Below, in pieces: positions 56,020-64,000 of a DNA stretch of 64,000 nt; within the stretch, counting starts at the first letter, position 1, and every line of letters starts with the position of its first letter. The DNA lies in the NCBI GenBank assembly GCA_963748405.1, contig CAVVIT010000007.1, positions 402,703 through 466,702 on the forward strand. Reading direction: 5' to 3'. The notes under the pieces are model-generated. The model searched no databases, was not told the DNA's origin, and saw nothing but the letters and a program-made list of their open reading frames with translations. A program made the translations under genes and the position numbers. This DNA comes from Ignavibacteriota bacterium (GTDB lineage: Bacteria > Bacteroidota > Ignavibacteria > UBA10030 > UBA6906).

Positions 56020-57308
56020 AACGCAAAGAGTTTCTCCGCTATTCCGCCTCCGCCGCGCTGGGCGCGGCCCTCTTCCCCTCCCTGTCGCCCGCCGGCTCCC
56101 GGCTCCCCCGGGGCACCGGGGTCGCGGCTCCCGGCTTCCCGGAAGGGATGGAGGGGGAGAAGTTCTGGGAATTTGTGCGGTCGCAATTTCCCCTGACGCG
56201 CGAGCGGGCCTACCTCAACACGGGCGGGCTCGGTGCTTCCCCGTTCGCGGTCATCGACGCCGTGAAAGGGAAGACCGATGAGCTCGAAACGACGTGCGAG
56301 ACCGGGCATTCGGAAGAGCTGCTGAACGGCATCAAATCGGATGCCGGCGCACTCCTCGGGTGCGACGGCGCGGAGCTCGCCTTCACGCGGAATACGACGG
56401 AGGGGATCAACATCGTCGCCAACGGCCTTCCCCTGAAGAGCGGGGACGAGGTCATCCTGACGACGCAGGAGCACGTCGCGAACGCGTTCACCTGGCTCGC
56501 GATGGCGAAGAGGGAGGGGATCGTCCTGCGCCTGTTCGAGCCGTCCACGGCCTCCGACCAGGCGAACCTGGACGCCCTCTCGCTCTGCATCACGAAGCGG
56601 ACGCGCCTGATCAGCATCCCCCACGCGCTCACGACGACGGGAACGGTCATGCCGGTCCGGCAGATCGCGGAGATCGCCCGGGCGAAGAAGATCTGGTTCT
56701 TCGTCGACGGCGCGCAGACGGCGGGGATGATGCCGTTCAGCCTCCACGACATCGGGTGCGACGCCTACGCCACGAGCGGCCACAAGTGGCTCCTGGGCCC
56801 GAAGGAGACCGGGCTCCTGTACGTCCGGAAGGAGATGCTCGAGACGATTGCCGCGAAGTTCACGGGGGCGTATTCCGGCCCGTTCGACCTTCTGAAAGGG
56901 ACCGTGGCCTTCAGCCCCGGCGCGGAGCGCTACGAGTACGGGACGGTGAACATCCCGCTCCGCGTGGGGCTCGGCGCCGCGATCGCCTTCATCCGGGACA
57001 TCGGCATCGACCGGATATGGAAGCGCGACAGGATGCTCGCCGATGCGCTCGTCGCCGGGCTGGGGGCGATCCCGTCCATCACGCTCGTCTCGAGCGCGGA
57101 CCCCGCGATGCGGACGGCGATGGTGACGATCCGGCACGGGACGCTGAGTCACGAAAAACTGCAGGCGCACCTCGACACCTACAACCTGCGCACGCGTTCG
57201 GTCACCGAAGGGGGACTCGCCGCGCTCCGGCTCTCGTTCCACGTCTACAACACCCCGGCGGAAGTCGACCGGATTCTCGAAGCACTGCGCACCGCCCCGA
57301 AAGGATGA
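56016..57308 (+). CDS. TAT-exported class-V aminotransferase-fold PLP enzyme (cysteine desulfurase or isopenicillin-N epimerase-like)
   Basis: 430 aa. It has the twin-arginine motif MKRKEFLRYSASAALGAALF. The PLP-lysine motif ATSGHKWLLGPKETG is present. Its ATG overlaps the upstream stop (ATGA). Confidence 0.75.
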   Translation: MKRKEFLRYSASAALGAALFPSLSPAGSRLPRGTGVAAPGFPEGMEGEKFWEFVRSQFPLTRERAYLNTGGLGASPFAVIDAVKGKTDELETTCETGHSEELLNGIKSDAGALLGCDGAELAFTRNTTEGINIVANGLPLKSGDEVILTTQEHVANAFTWLAMAKREGIVLRLFEPSTASDQANLDALSLCITKRTRLISIPHALTTTGTVMPVRQIAEIARAKKIWFFVDGAQTAGMMPFSLHDIGCDAYATSGHKWLLGPKETGLLYVRKEMLETIAAKFTGAYSGPFDLLKGTVAFSPGAERYEYGTVNIPLRVGLGAAIAFIRDIGIDRIWKRDRMLADALVAGLGAIPSITLVSSADPAMRTAMVTIRHGTLSHEKLQAHLDTYNLRTRSVTEGGLAALRLSFHVYNTPAEVDRILEALRTAPKG

Positions 57309-57314
57309 CACTGA

Positions 57315-59231
57315 ATGAAATCCGTCAACATCTTCGATGTCAGCTTCATTTTCATCTACTTCCTCATCATCATGGGGATCGGCCTGTACTTCATGAAGGT
57401 CAACAAGGGAGGGAAGGAGTATTTCACCGGGGGGAGCATGATTCCCTGGTGGATGTCGGGCATCTCGCTCTACATGGGGAATTTCAGCGCGTGGATCTTC
57501 ACCGGGGCGGCGGGGTTCGCCTATACCTCGGGCTGGTTCACGATCCTGTATCTCGCCGTGGGCCCGATCGCCTACCTCATCGGCTCGAGCCTCACGGCGA
57601 AGCTGTGGCGCCGCACCCGGTCGATCTCCCCGCTCCAGTACATCCAGACCCGGTACAACCTGACCACCCAGCAGCTCATGAGCGGCGTGATCGCGACGAA
57701 CTTCATCCTCTCGGCGGGCGTGCAGCTGGCCTCCACGTGCAAGCTGTTCGCGCCGATCATCGGCATCGACATGACGCTGATCGTCCTCGTGATCGGGAGC
57801 ATCGTCCTCCTCCACAACATGCTCGGGGGGCTCTGGGGCGACATGGCGATGGACGTGGTCCAGGGGGTCGTGCTCCTGGGGATCACGTTCACGGTGATGC
57901 CCCTCAGCCTGGGACTCATCGGGGGGCTCGGAGAGCTGTTCCGCTCCATCCCGGCCGTGTCGTTCGACCAGACGTACAACGGCGTCCATTACACGCAGCA
58001 CTGGCTCGTCTCGATCCTCATCATCACGAGCATCGGGTTCGCCGCCGGCGGGGCGCAGAGGTTTTACTCCGTCAGGGATGAAAAGAGCGCGAAGCGCGTG
58101 GGGAGGCTCGCCGCGGTCCTTGCCTGTTCCGTCCCGCTGGTGTTCGGGATCCCGCCCCTGGTGGCGCGCGTGTACTGGCCGGATCTCTCGCAGGTCGAGT
58201 TCTTCAAGCCGTTCATCGGGAAGAACCCGCAGGATCTCGTCTTCGTCGGGCTCGTCTTCAAGCTGCTCCCCCACGGCCTGATCGGGGTGTTCATCGCCGC
58301 GATGCTCGCGGCGACGATGACGACGCTCAGCACCGTGTACAACATGGTGTCGTCGATCATCTCGCACGACATGTACAAAGGGGTCATCCGGCCCGACCTG
58401 TCCGACAAAGCCCTCCTGAAGGTCGGGCGGATCACGTCCCTGTGCCTGGGCCTGATCGTCATGGGACTCGCCATAACGTTCATTCACAGCACGTTCGGCC
58501 TGTTCAACCAGATGCAGGCGTTCTTCACGCTCTTCAACATCCCGGTGACGGTCCCGCTTGCGTTCGGTCTCATATTCCGGCGCATCCCCAAGTGGGCGGC
58601 GCTCGGATCGATCCTCTGGAGCCTGATCATGGGGGCGGCCGTCCGGTACCTCCTCGGATGGGACATCGGTCCCCAGGTCTACCTCTCCACGATCCTGTCG
58701 TTCGGCGTCCTTCTCTCGTCCACCTGGGTCGCCTCGCTGTACAGGACCAGGAAGCCGCTTCTCTGGGGCGTCAGTGCGCTCATCAGCGTGATCCTGGGGA
58801 CGATCTTCGCCCTTTCGCCGGGTGCGGGCGCGGCCCCGTGGCAGATCAACGCCTCCATCGCCCTGGCGGTCATCCTCGGGCCCACGCTGGTGCCGCTGGC
58901 GCGTCTCTTCGCGCGGGACACCGACGAGGAAACAAAAGAGGTCGCGCGGTTCTACGAGAAACTCGACACGCCGGTCGACGTCCAGGCGGAGGTCTACGGC
59001 GCCGGGCGCAAGCAGGTCGCGACGCTCCCCGTCGTCGGAAGGACGATCATCTTCCTCGGCGTCCTCGTCGGGCTCGCGTTTCTCAATACGCTCGAGAGCG
59101 GGGAGACCATCGCGGTGCTCGCGATGATGACGATACTCCTCGGGTTCGGAGGGACGCTCTGGATCGCGGGCAAGCGCGTGCAGATGCGCGAGGCCAGGGA
59201 GCTTGCCCTCGCCCGGGATACCGCACCGTGA
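57315..59231 (+). CDS. Sodium:solute symporter (SSS family)
   Basis: 638 aa with about 14 TM segments. It has the SSF signature region ..GG..G....D. Confidence 0.8.
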   Translation: MKSVNIFDVSFIFIYFLIIMGIGLYFMKVNKGGKEYFTGGSMIPWWMSGISLYMGNFSAWIFTGAAGFAYTSGWFTILYLAVGPIAYLIGSSLTAKLWRRTRSISPLQYIQTRYNLTTQQLMSGVIATNFILSAGVQLASTCKLFAPIIGIDMTLIVLVIGSIVLLHNMLGGLWGDMAMDVVQGVVLLGITFTVMPLSLGLIGGLGELFRSIPAVSFDQTYNGVHYTQHWLVSILIITSIGFAAGGAQRFYSVRDEKSAKRVGRLAAVLACSVPLVFGIPPLVARVYWPDLSQVEFFKPFIGKNPQDLVFVGLVFKLLPHGLIGVFIAAMLAATMTTLSTVYNMVSSIISHDMYKGVIRPDLSDKALLKVGRITSLCLGLIVMGLAITFIHSTFGLFNQMQAFFTLFNIPVTVPLAFGLIFRRIPKWAALGSILWSLIMGAAVRYLLGWDIGPQVYLSTILSFGVLLSSTWVASLYRTRKPLLWGVSALISVILGTIFALSPGAGAAPWQINASIALAVILGPTLVPLARLFARDTDEETKEVARFYEKLDTPVDVQAEVYGAGRKQVATLPVVGRTIIFLGVLVGLAFLNTLESGETIAVLAMMTILLGFGGTLWIAGKRVQMREARELALARDTAP

Positions 59232-59320
59232 CCGGGAGGGCGGACTCCGGCCCGCCCGCCGTGACGGGCGCGGGAGCGGTGACTTGTGCGGGGGGGTGTT
59301 TTTTCGTATACTACTAAATC

Positions 59321-59345
59321 ACTAATAAAACAACGTTTTATTAGT
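59321..59345. promoter_or_regulatory. Perfect palindrome ACTAATAAAAC-AAC-GTTTTATTAGT (11-bp arms), a likely IclR operator
   Basis: Read directly. It sits 16 bp upstream of the IclR ATG at 59361, in an AT-rich patch. Confidence 0.55.
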
Positions 59346-59360
59346 CACACAAAGGCGCCT

Positions 59361-60140
59361 ATGGTCAGGGACTACTCAGTTCCCGCAATCCACCGTGCGG
59401 TGCAGGTGATCGAACTCCTCGCCGCGTCCCACAGCGGCTTCTCCCTGGCGGACGTTTCCCGCCAGACCGGCATTCCGAAGAGCTCGCTGTTCCGCATTCT
59501 CGCCGCCCTCGAGCAGCACTCCATCGTGCTGCAGGACCACGACAGGAAAATCTTCCGGCTCGGCATGAAACTCCTCGACTGGGGAAACGCCGCGCTGGAG
59601 AAAATCGACCTCAAGACGATCGTGCATCCCCACCTGATACGGATGGCGCACGAAACGCGCGAGAGCTACTACCTGACGATCCTGGACGGCCACGAAGTCA
59701 TCATCATCGACCGGGCCGACAATCCGGAAATGTGGTCGATCGTCGCGCGGCTCGGGGCGCGCTCGCCCGTGCACGCCACCGCCTCGGGGCAGGTGCTCAT
59801 CGCCGACCTGCCGGAGGAGACGCTCGACAGGATGATCGAACAGAGCGGGCTCAAGAGGTTTACCGCGAAGACGATCACGAGCGACACCAGGCTGAAGAAG
59901 CGGCTCCGGGAGATCGTGCGCGACGGCTATTCTGTCGCCGACGCCGAATACAAGCCGGACCTCTGCGCCATCTCGGTGCCGATCTACGATCACAACGCCA
60001 AGGTGGTCGCCGCCCTGATGACGGGGATCCAGTCCGAACGGAAAAAGAAAGAGGAGGCCATCGCGCGGATCGTCAGGATCCTCAAGAAGGAAGCGGCGGT
60101 GATCTCGCACGCGATCGGGTTCGTCGAGGCGGCCGCATGA
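59361..60140 (+). CDS. IclR-family transcriptional regulator
   Basis: 259 aa from MVRDYSVPAIHRAVQVIELLA. It has an N-terminal wHTH (ADVSRQTGIPKSSLFRIL) and a C-terminal IclR effector domain. Confidence 0.85.
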   Translation: MVRDYSVPAIHRAVQVIELLAASHSGFSLADVSRQTGIPKSSLFRILAALEQHSIVLQDHDRKIFRLGMKLLDWGNAALEKIDLKTIVHPHLIRMAHETRESYYLTILDGHEVIIIDRADNPEMWSIVARLGARSPVHATASGQVLIADLPEETLDRMIEQSGLKRFTAKTITSDTRLKKRLREIVRDGYSVADAEYKPDLCAISVPIYDHNAKVVAALMTGIQSERKKKEEAIARIVRILKKEAAVISHAIGFVEAAA

Positions 60141-60961
60141 GCGCCCCCCTGGAGCTGGGGATCGTCAGCGACGAGGTCGCGGCGGACTTCCGTACGGCGG
60201 TCCGCCACGGGCTCTCCTGGGGGATCACGCGGTACGAGATCCGGTGCCTTGCGAGCGGCCGCGTCCCGGAGGTGAACGGGCAGGAGTGGGACGACGTCCT
60301 GGCGGCGGTGCGCGAGCACGGGCTCGCGATCACCGCGCTTTCTCCCGGCATCATGAAGCACTCGCTCGACAGGGAGGACGAGCTCGAGCGGGAGATCCGC
60401 GAGACGCTCCCGCGCACGATCGACATGGCCGGGACGTGCGGCGCCCGGATGATCATCGTATTCGGCGTGCAGAAGCGCACGCCGGAGAGGGAGGGCGATC
60501 ACGCCCGCGTCGTCGGGCTCCTCGGCCGCGCGGCGGAGACCGCCGCGCGGGCGGGGATAACGCTCGCGGTCGAGAACGAGCCGGGATTCCACTGCGACAC
60601 CGGGGCGGCGACCCGGAAGATCGTCGACGAGGTGGGCTCCCGCGCCTTCGGCGCAAACTGGGACCCGTGCAACGCGTTCGGGACCGACGAGGTCCCGTAC
60701 CCGGACGGGTACGCGGCGCTCAAGGGGGTGATCGTCAACGTCCACGCCAAGGACACCGCCCGTGGGTCGCTGATCCAGTGCGTCCCGATCGGCGACGGCG
60801 CGATCGACTGGGCGGGGCAGATCAGGGCCCTCGTCCGCGACCGGATCGTCCCCCACGTGACGATCGAAACGCACTGCCTTCCCCTGGTGGAACAGTCGGG
60901 GAAGAACGTCCGCACGCTCCGCGCCCTCATGGGGAACGCCGTGCTCTCCCCGGGATCGTAA
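60137..60961 (+). CDS. Sugar phosphate isomerase/epimerase (xylose-isomerase-like TIM barrel)
   Basis: 274 aa. ..ITLAVENEPGFH.. is present. Its ATG overlaps the IclR stop. Confidence 0.65.
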   Translation: MSAPLELGIVSDEVAADFRTAVRHGLSWGITRYEIRCLASGRVPEVNGQEWDDVLAAVREHGLAITALSPGIMKHSLDREDELEREIRETLPRTIDMAGTCGARMIIVFGVQKRTPEREGDHARVVGLLGRAAETAARAGITLAVENEPGFHCDTGAATRKIVDEVGSRAFGANWDPCNAFGTDEVPYPDGYAALKGVIVNVHAKDTARGSLIQCVPIGDGAIDWAGQIRALVRDRIVPHVTIETHCLPLVEQSGKNVRTLRALMGNAVLSPGS

Positions 60962-60997
60962 CGGGGCGCCTCGCCACCACTGAATCGCACCACGACA

Positions 60998-62068
60998 ATG
61001 CCATCACTTTTCGGCCGGAACATCGGCAGGCGCGAGCTCGGGAGACTGACGGGCGATCTCTCGCAGGTCGCCGGGATCCGCCTGATGACGCTCGCAGAGG
61101 GCGCCGAACGCGGCGTGAATATCGCGGACGTCCGGTCGGGCTCCGGACTCCGGTATCAGGTGACGCTCGACCGGGGGATGGATATCTCCGTGGCCGAGTA
61201 CCGGGGGGTTCCCCTTGCCTACAGGAGCCCCGCGGGGGATGTCCATCCCTCGCACTTCGAGCCCGGCGGCCGCGGATGGCTCAGGACGTTCCCGGGCGGA
61301 TTGATGACCGGCTGCGGTATGACGTCGGTCGGCACGCCCGGCAGCGAAGGAGGGGAGCCGCTCGGCCTCCACGGGCGACTCTCGCACATTCAGGCCGCCG
61401 GCGTGTCCGCGTCCGAGGTCTGGGAAGGGGACTCGTGCACGCTCCGTCTCACGGGTAACCTGAGGCAGAGCACGACGTTCGGCGAAAATCTCCTCCTGGA
61501 GCGATCGGTCGAAACGCCCGTCGGGGGGTCGCATCTGACGATCCGGGACACCGTGCGGAACGAGGGTTTTGAGCGTACCCCGCTGATGATGCTCTATCAT
61601 ATCAATGCGGGCTGGCCTCTCGTGGATGCGGGGGCCCGCCTCCTGCTGAACGCCGCTTCGACAGTTCCCCGTGATCCCGACGCCGCGGCGGGCCTCGCCG
61701 GCGCCCGCGTCTGCTCCCCCCCGGTGGCCGGATTCAGGGAACAGGTGTTTTACCATCAGTGCGTTCCCGATGAGGCGGGATACGGCGCCGCCCTTCTGGA
61801 GAACAGGGCTCTCTCGCTCGGGCTCCTGGTCCGCTTCCGCCGCCGTGAGCTTCACCGGCTTGCCCAGTGGAAGATGATGGGGGAAGGGACGTACGTCCTG
61901 GGGATCGAGCCCGCCAATTGCGGCGTCGAGGGGCGCGAGGCCGAGAAGCGCGCAGGCACGCTCGAGTTCCTGGATGCGGGGGAAGAGCGTTCGTTCGAAG
62001 TGCAGATCGGCGTGATCGACGGAGAGAAAGAAATCCAGTCGGTGATCGCTGAAAACCGGCTGCAATGA
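60998..62068 (+). CDS. DUF4432 / aldose-1-epimerase-like protein. Tentative.
   Basis: 356 aa. It has a beta-rich pattern and ends LEFLDAGEERSFEVQIGV. Confidence 0.4.
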   Translation: MPSLFGRNIGRRELGRLTGDLSQVAGIRLMTLAEGAERGVNIADVRSGSGLRYQVTLDRGMDISVAEYRGVPLAYRSPAGDVHPSHFEPGGRGWLRTFPGGLMTGCGMTSVGTPGSEGGEPLGLHGRLSHIQAAGVSASEVWEGDSCTLRLTGNLRQSTTFGENLLLERSVETPVGGSHLTIRDTVRNEGFERTPLMMLYHINAGWPLVDAGARLLLNAASTVPRDPDAAAGLAGARVCSPPVAGFREQVFYHQCVPDEAGYGAALLENRALSLGLLVRFRRRELHRLAQWKMMGEGTYVLGIEPANCGVEGREAEKRAGTLEFLDAGEERSFEVQIGVIDGEKEIQSVIAENRLQ

Positions 62069-62116
62069 ATGTCCGGCGCCGGCCGGAGCCATATCGCAAA
62101 CTGCAGGAGATCTGAA

Positions 62117-64000
62117 ATGCCGACGACACGACGTGATTTTCTGAAGGCAGGCGCGATCGCCGCCGCCGGCCTCCCCCTCATCCCCGCTCTTGCGCACGCC
62201 TCCGGAACTGAATTGCCCGATCCGGCGGTGGTGGCGCCTGTGGCGCCGCCGGCCCCCGGGGGCCTCTTCTTTGACGAGTCCGATATCCCGCGGATGCGCC
62301 AGGCGGTGAAACATCCTCATATCGCCCCCTACTGGAAATCGATTACCGAAGCCGATCTCGCTGCGGACCTGAATTTCATAAGGAAGGAGGCGAGGCTCAA
62401 CAACCACTCGAAGGACATGCTCAGGGTCCGTCAGATACTCGAACGGACCTCGTTCGCCTATGCCCTTACCGGTGACACGGCCCAGAGGGACGCGGCGAGG
62501 ATCGCCGTGGACAAGATGCTCGAATATCCGAAATGGGATTACTTCCTCGAGGGAGGTCAGGACGTCATCGGGCTGCAGAGAGCGCCTGAGGCGACGATCG
62601 CCATGGCGTGCGCCAGCCAGTGGCTCGCGGGAGCGATCACGAAAGAGACCGTCGCCGAGATGGAGCGTCAGATCGGCGAGAAGGGGGCCCCCGCCTGCTT
62701 CCGGACGCTCTACGGCATGAAGTACCCGGACAGGGTGCGGGGCTGGGGATTCGACCCGACGGACGACTACCCGTTCCATGTCGATTTGCGCCGCTGGCCG
62801 CTCATACTGAATTCGACGAACCTGAAGGCGATACCGATTGCGGGGCTGGGCATTGCGGGCTGCCTCCTGAAGGGGAAGCATCCGCAGGCGGAGAACTGGA
62901 TCGCGATGGCCGAATCGAGCGCGCGGGCGTTCTCGGTGATGTACGGCCCCGACGGTGCGTACGACGAAGGGGCCGGGTACTGGTCGTACACGTCGACGCA
63001 CATCGCGCTTCTTACAGAGGTGATCCGGCGGACGCTCGGGCGTGACATTTCCGGGATCATCAATTTCCCGGGGACCGTCAGGTACGGGCTCAGGATGTGG
63101 ATGCCCGTAGCCGGGCGGCCGAACGATTGCGTCAACTTCGGGGACGCTTTCTCGATCGCCGATCTCGCCGTCGCCGCCTGGACGGGGAGCCGCCTGAAGG
63201 ATCCCGTCGCCACGTGGGTCGCCGCGCACGCGGGAGACCCCTCGAGCCCCTGGTCCGTCATCTGGATTGATCCTTCGCCTGAGGGGGAGAAGCCCGGCGT
63301 CGGGATGGAGGACGTCCGGTTCTCCAACGACTGGGTCGTCTCGCGGAGCGGCTGGGACGCCGGGGACGGCGTCGCAGCGCTCAGGAGCGGCGGCCCCTCG
63401 AACCACGAACACGCCGACCGGAACAGCGTCATATTCAAGGCGCACGGAGAGAGAATCTATCACGACCCGTATCACGCCGCCTATCCCTACACCGACCCGC
63501 TCTGGGTCCTGCGGCTGACGAAATCGCACTCGGCGCTCCTGATCGGGGGCCAGGGACACCAGTACCACGACGGGCACGAAGGGACGAATGCATCGTTCGC
63601 CGAGTCGCACGTCGTGAAGTACGAACCCTCAGAGCGGTCGATGGTCGTCACGAGCGATGCGACGGCCGCCTACAAGCTCGTCAACCCGGACGTGAATCTC
63701 GTCCTGCGGACGGTCGTGTTCCTGAAGCCGGACGTCCTTGCCGTGATCGACCGCGTGAGGCTCGGCGCGAATCCTCTTCCCGTCCAGGCGCGGTTCCAGA
63801 TCGACAACTCCGACGGCAAGGGTGCGGTCACTGCCGATCGAGGTTCGTTCACCGTCACGCGCCCCGGCGTCACCGCCCGTGCGGTCGCTGCCTCCGCAGG
63901 GGGAGTGACCGTCAGGACCGCCGCGATCGACGTCCCCGCCGACAAGGGGGTATTTCCGTATGCCGAGGTGGAGTCTCCAGCATCGCTGGACCATTTCTTC
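62117..64000 (+). CDS. TAT-exported heparinase-II/III-like (polysaccharide lyase-like) protein. C-terminus is beyond the window.
   Basis: It starts MPTTRRDFLKAGAIAAAGL (TAT motif). An alginate-lyase-like helical N-domain is followed by ..GGPSNHEHADRNSVIF.. of the heparinase II/III C-domain. No stop in the window. Confidence 0.6.
   Translation, partial: MPTTRRDFLKAGAIAAAGLPLIPALAHASGTELPDPAVVAPVAPPAPGGLFFDESDIPRMRQAVKHPHIAPYWKSITEADLAADLNFIRKEARLNNHSKDMLRVRQILERTSFAYALTGDTAQRDAARIAVDKMLEYPKWDYFLEGGQDVIGLQRAPEATIAMACASQWLAGAITKETVAEMERQIGEKGAPACFRTLYGMKYPDRVRGWGFDPTDDYPFHVDLRRWPLILNSTNLKAIPIAGLGIAGCLLKGKHPQAENWIAMAESSARAFSVMYGPDGAYDEGAGYWSYTSTHIALLTEVIRRTLGRDISGIINFPGTVRYGLRMWMPVAGRPNDCVNFGDAFSIADLAVAAWTGSRLKDPVATWVAAHAGDPSSPWSVIWIDPSPEGEKPGVGMEDVRFSNDWVVSRSGWDAGDGVAALRSGGPSNHEHADRNSVIFKAHGERIYHDPYHAAYPYTDPLWVLRLTKSHSALLIGGQGHQYHDGHEGTNASFAESHVVKYEPSERSMVVTSDATAAYKLVNPDVNLVLRTVVFLKPDVLAVIDRVRLGANPLPVQARFQIDNSDGKGAVTADRGSFTVTRPGVTARAVAASAGGVTVRTAAIDVPADKGVFPYAEVESPASLDHFF

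Noticed and set aside
59232-59305. Intrinsic terminator after the SSS gene
   Set aside because: A GGGCGG-N8-CCGCCC hairpin (59238-59257) and a separate T6 run (59299-59304) exist, but they are not contiguous, so a canonical terminator is not supported. It may still attenuate.
61004-63610. 868-aa minus-strand ORF
   Set aside because: It overlaps the DUF4432 gene and the TAT heparinase-like gene, which have recognisable motifs. The translation is Arg/Pro/Gly-rich low-complexity sequence typical of an antisense frame in high-GC DNA.
1-64000. CRISPR arrays, tRNA/rRNA genes, IS elements or integrases
   Set aside because: There are no regularly spaced direct repeats, no tRNA-like cloverleaf candidates in the few intergenic gaps, and no transposase or integrase motifs in any frame.

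Overview
This is a high-GC (about 65-70%) bacterial chromosomal window packed with secreted hydrolases and sugar-catabolic genes. It looks like a polysaccharide-utilisation region. A T9SS-type C-terminal sorting domain and a PorV/FadL-like barrel suggest an FCB-superphylum or Gemmatimonadota-like organism, but that placement is inference only. Gene order runs as follows. First comes a minus-strand efflux and regulation block (partial membrane-fusion protein, TolC-like OMP, orphan REC, NarL-type RR, PAS histidine kinase). Next is a plus-strand three-gene module: a secreted beta-rich protein, a secreted barnase-family RNase and an extended barstar homologue. It is followed by a lysine-rich tandem-repeat small protein and an AT-rich island carrying a 76-aa ORF. 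A long minus-strand catabolic stretch from about 8.2 kb to 38.6 kb follows. It encodes an alpha/beta hydrolase, an ABC sugar uptake system without an ATPase gene, M1 and S9 peptidases, GH78, GH47 and DUF2961 glycosidases, an MFS transporter, and a cupin-rich sugar-phosphate isomerase set that includes an archaeal-type cupin PGI. The plus-strand operon at 39-46 kb encodes a TonB-dependent receptor, a T9SS-CTD protein and a PorV/FadL-like barrel, all behind a long structured leader. The tightly coupled plus-strand operon at 46.9-59.2 kb mixes uncharacterised glycosidase-like proteins, a PhyH dioxygenase, two tandem TAT-exported six-hairpin paralogs, a TAT-exported class-V aminotransferase and an SSS transporter. 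It is followed by an IclR regulator with a perfect palindromic operator, a sugar-phosphate isomerase, a DUF4432 protein and a partial TAT heparinase-II/III-like gene. I found no rRNA, tRNA, CRISPR array or obvious mobile element. Many long ORFs in the six-frame track lie opposite or out of frame to these genes and are high-GC frame artefacts. All family assignments come from motif recognition by eye, not database searches.
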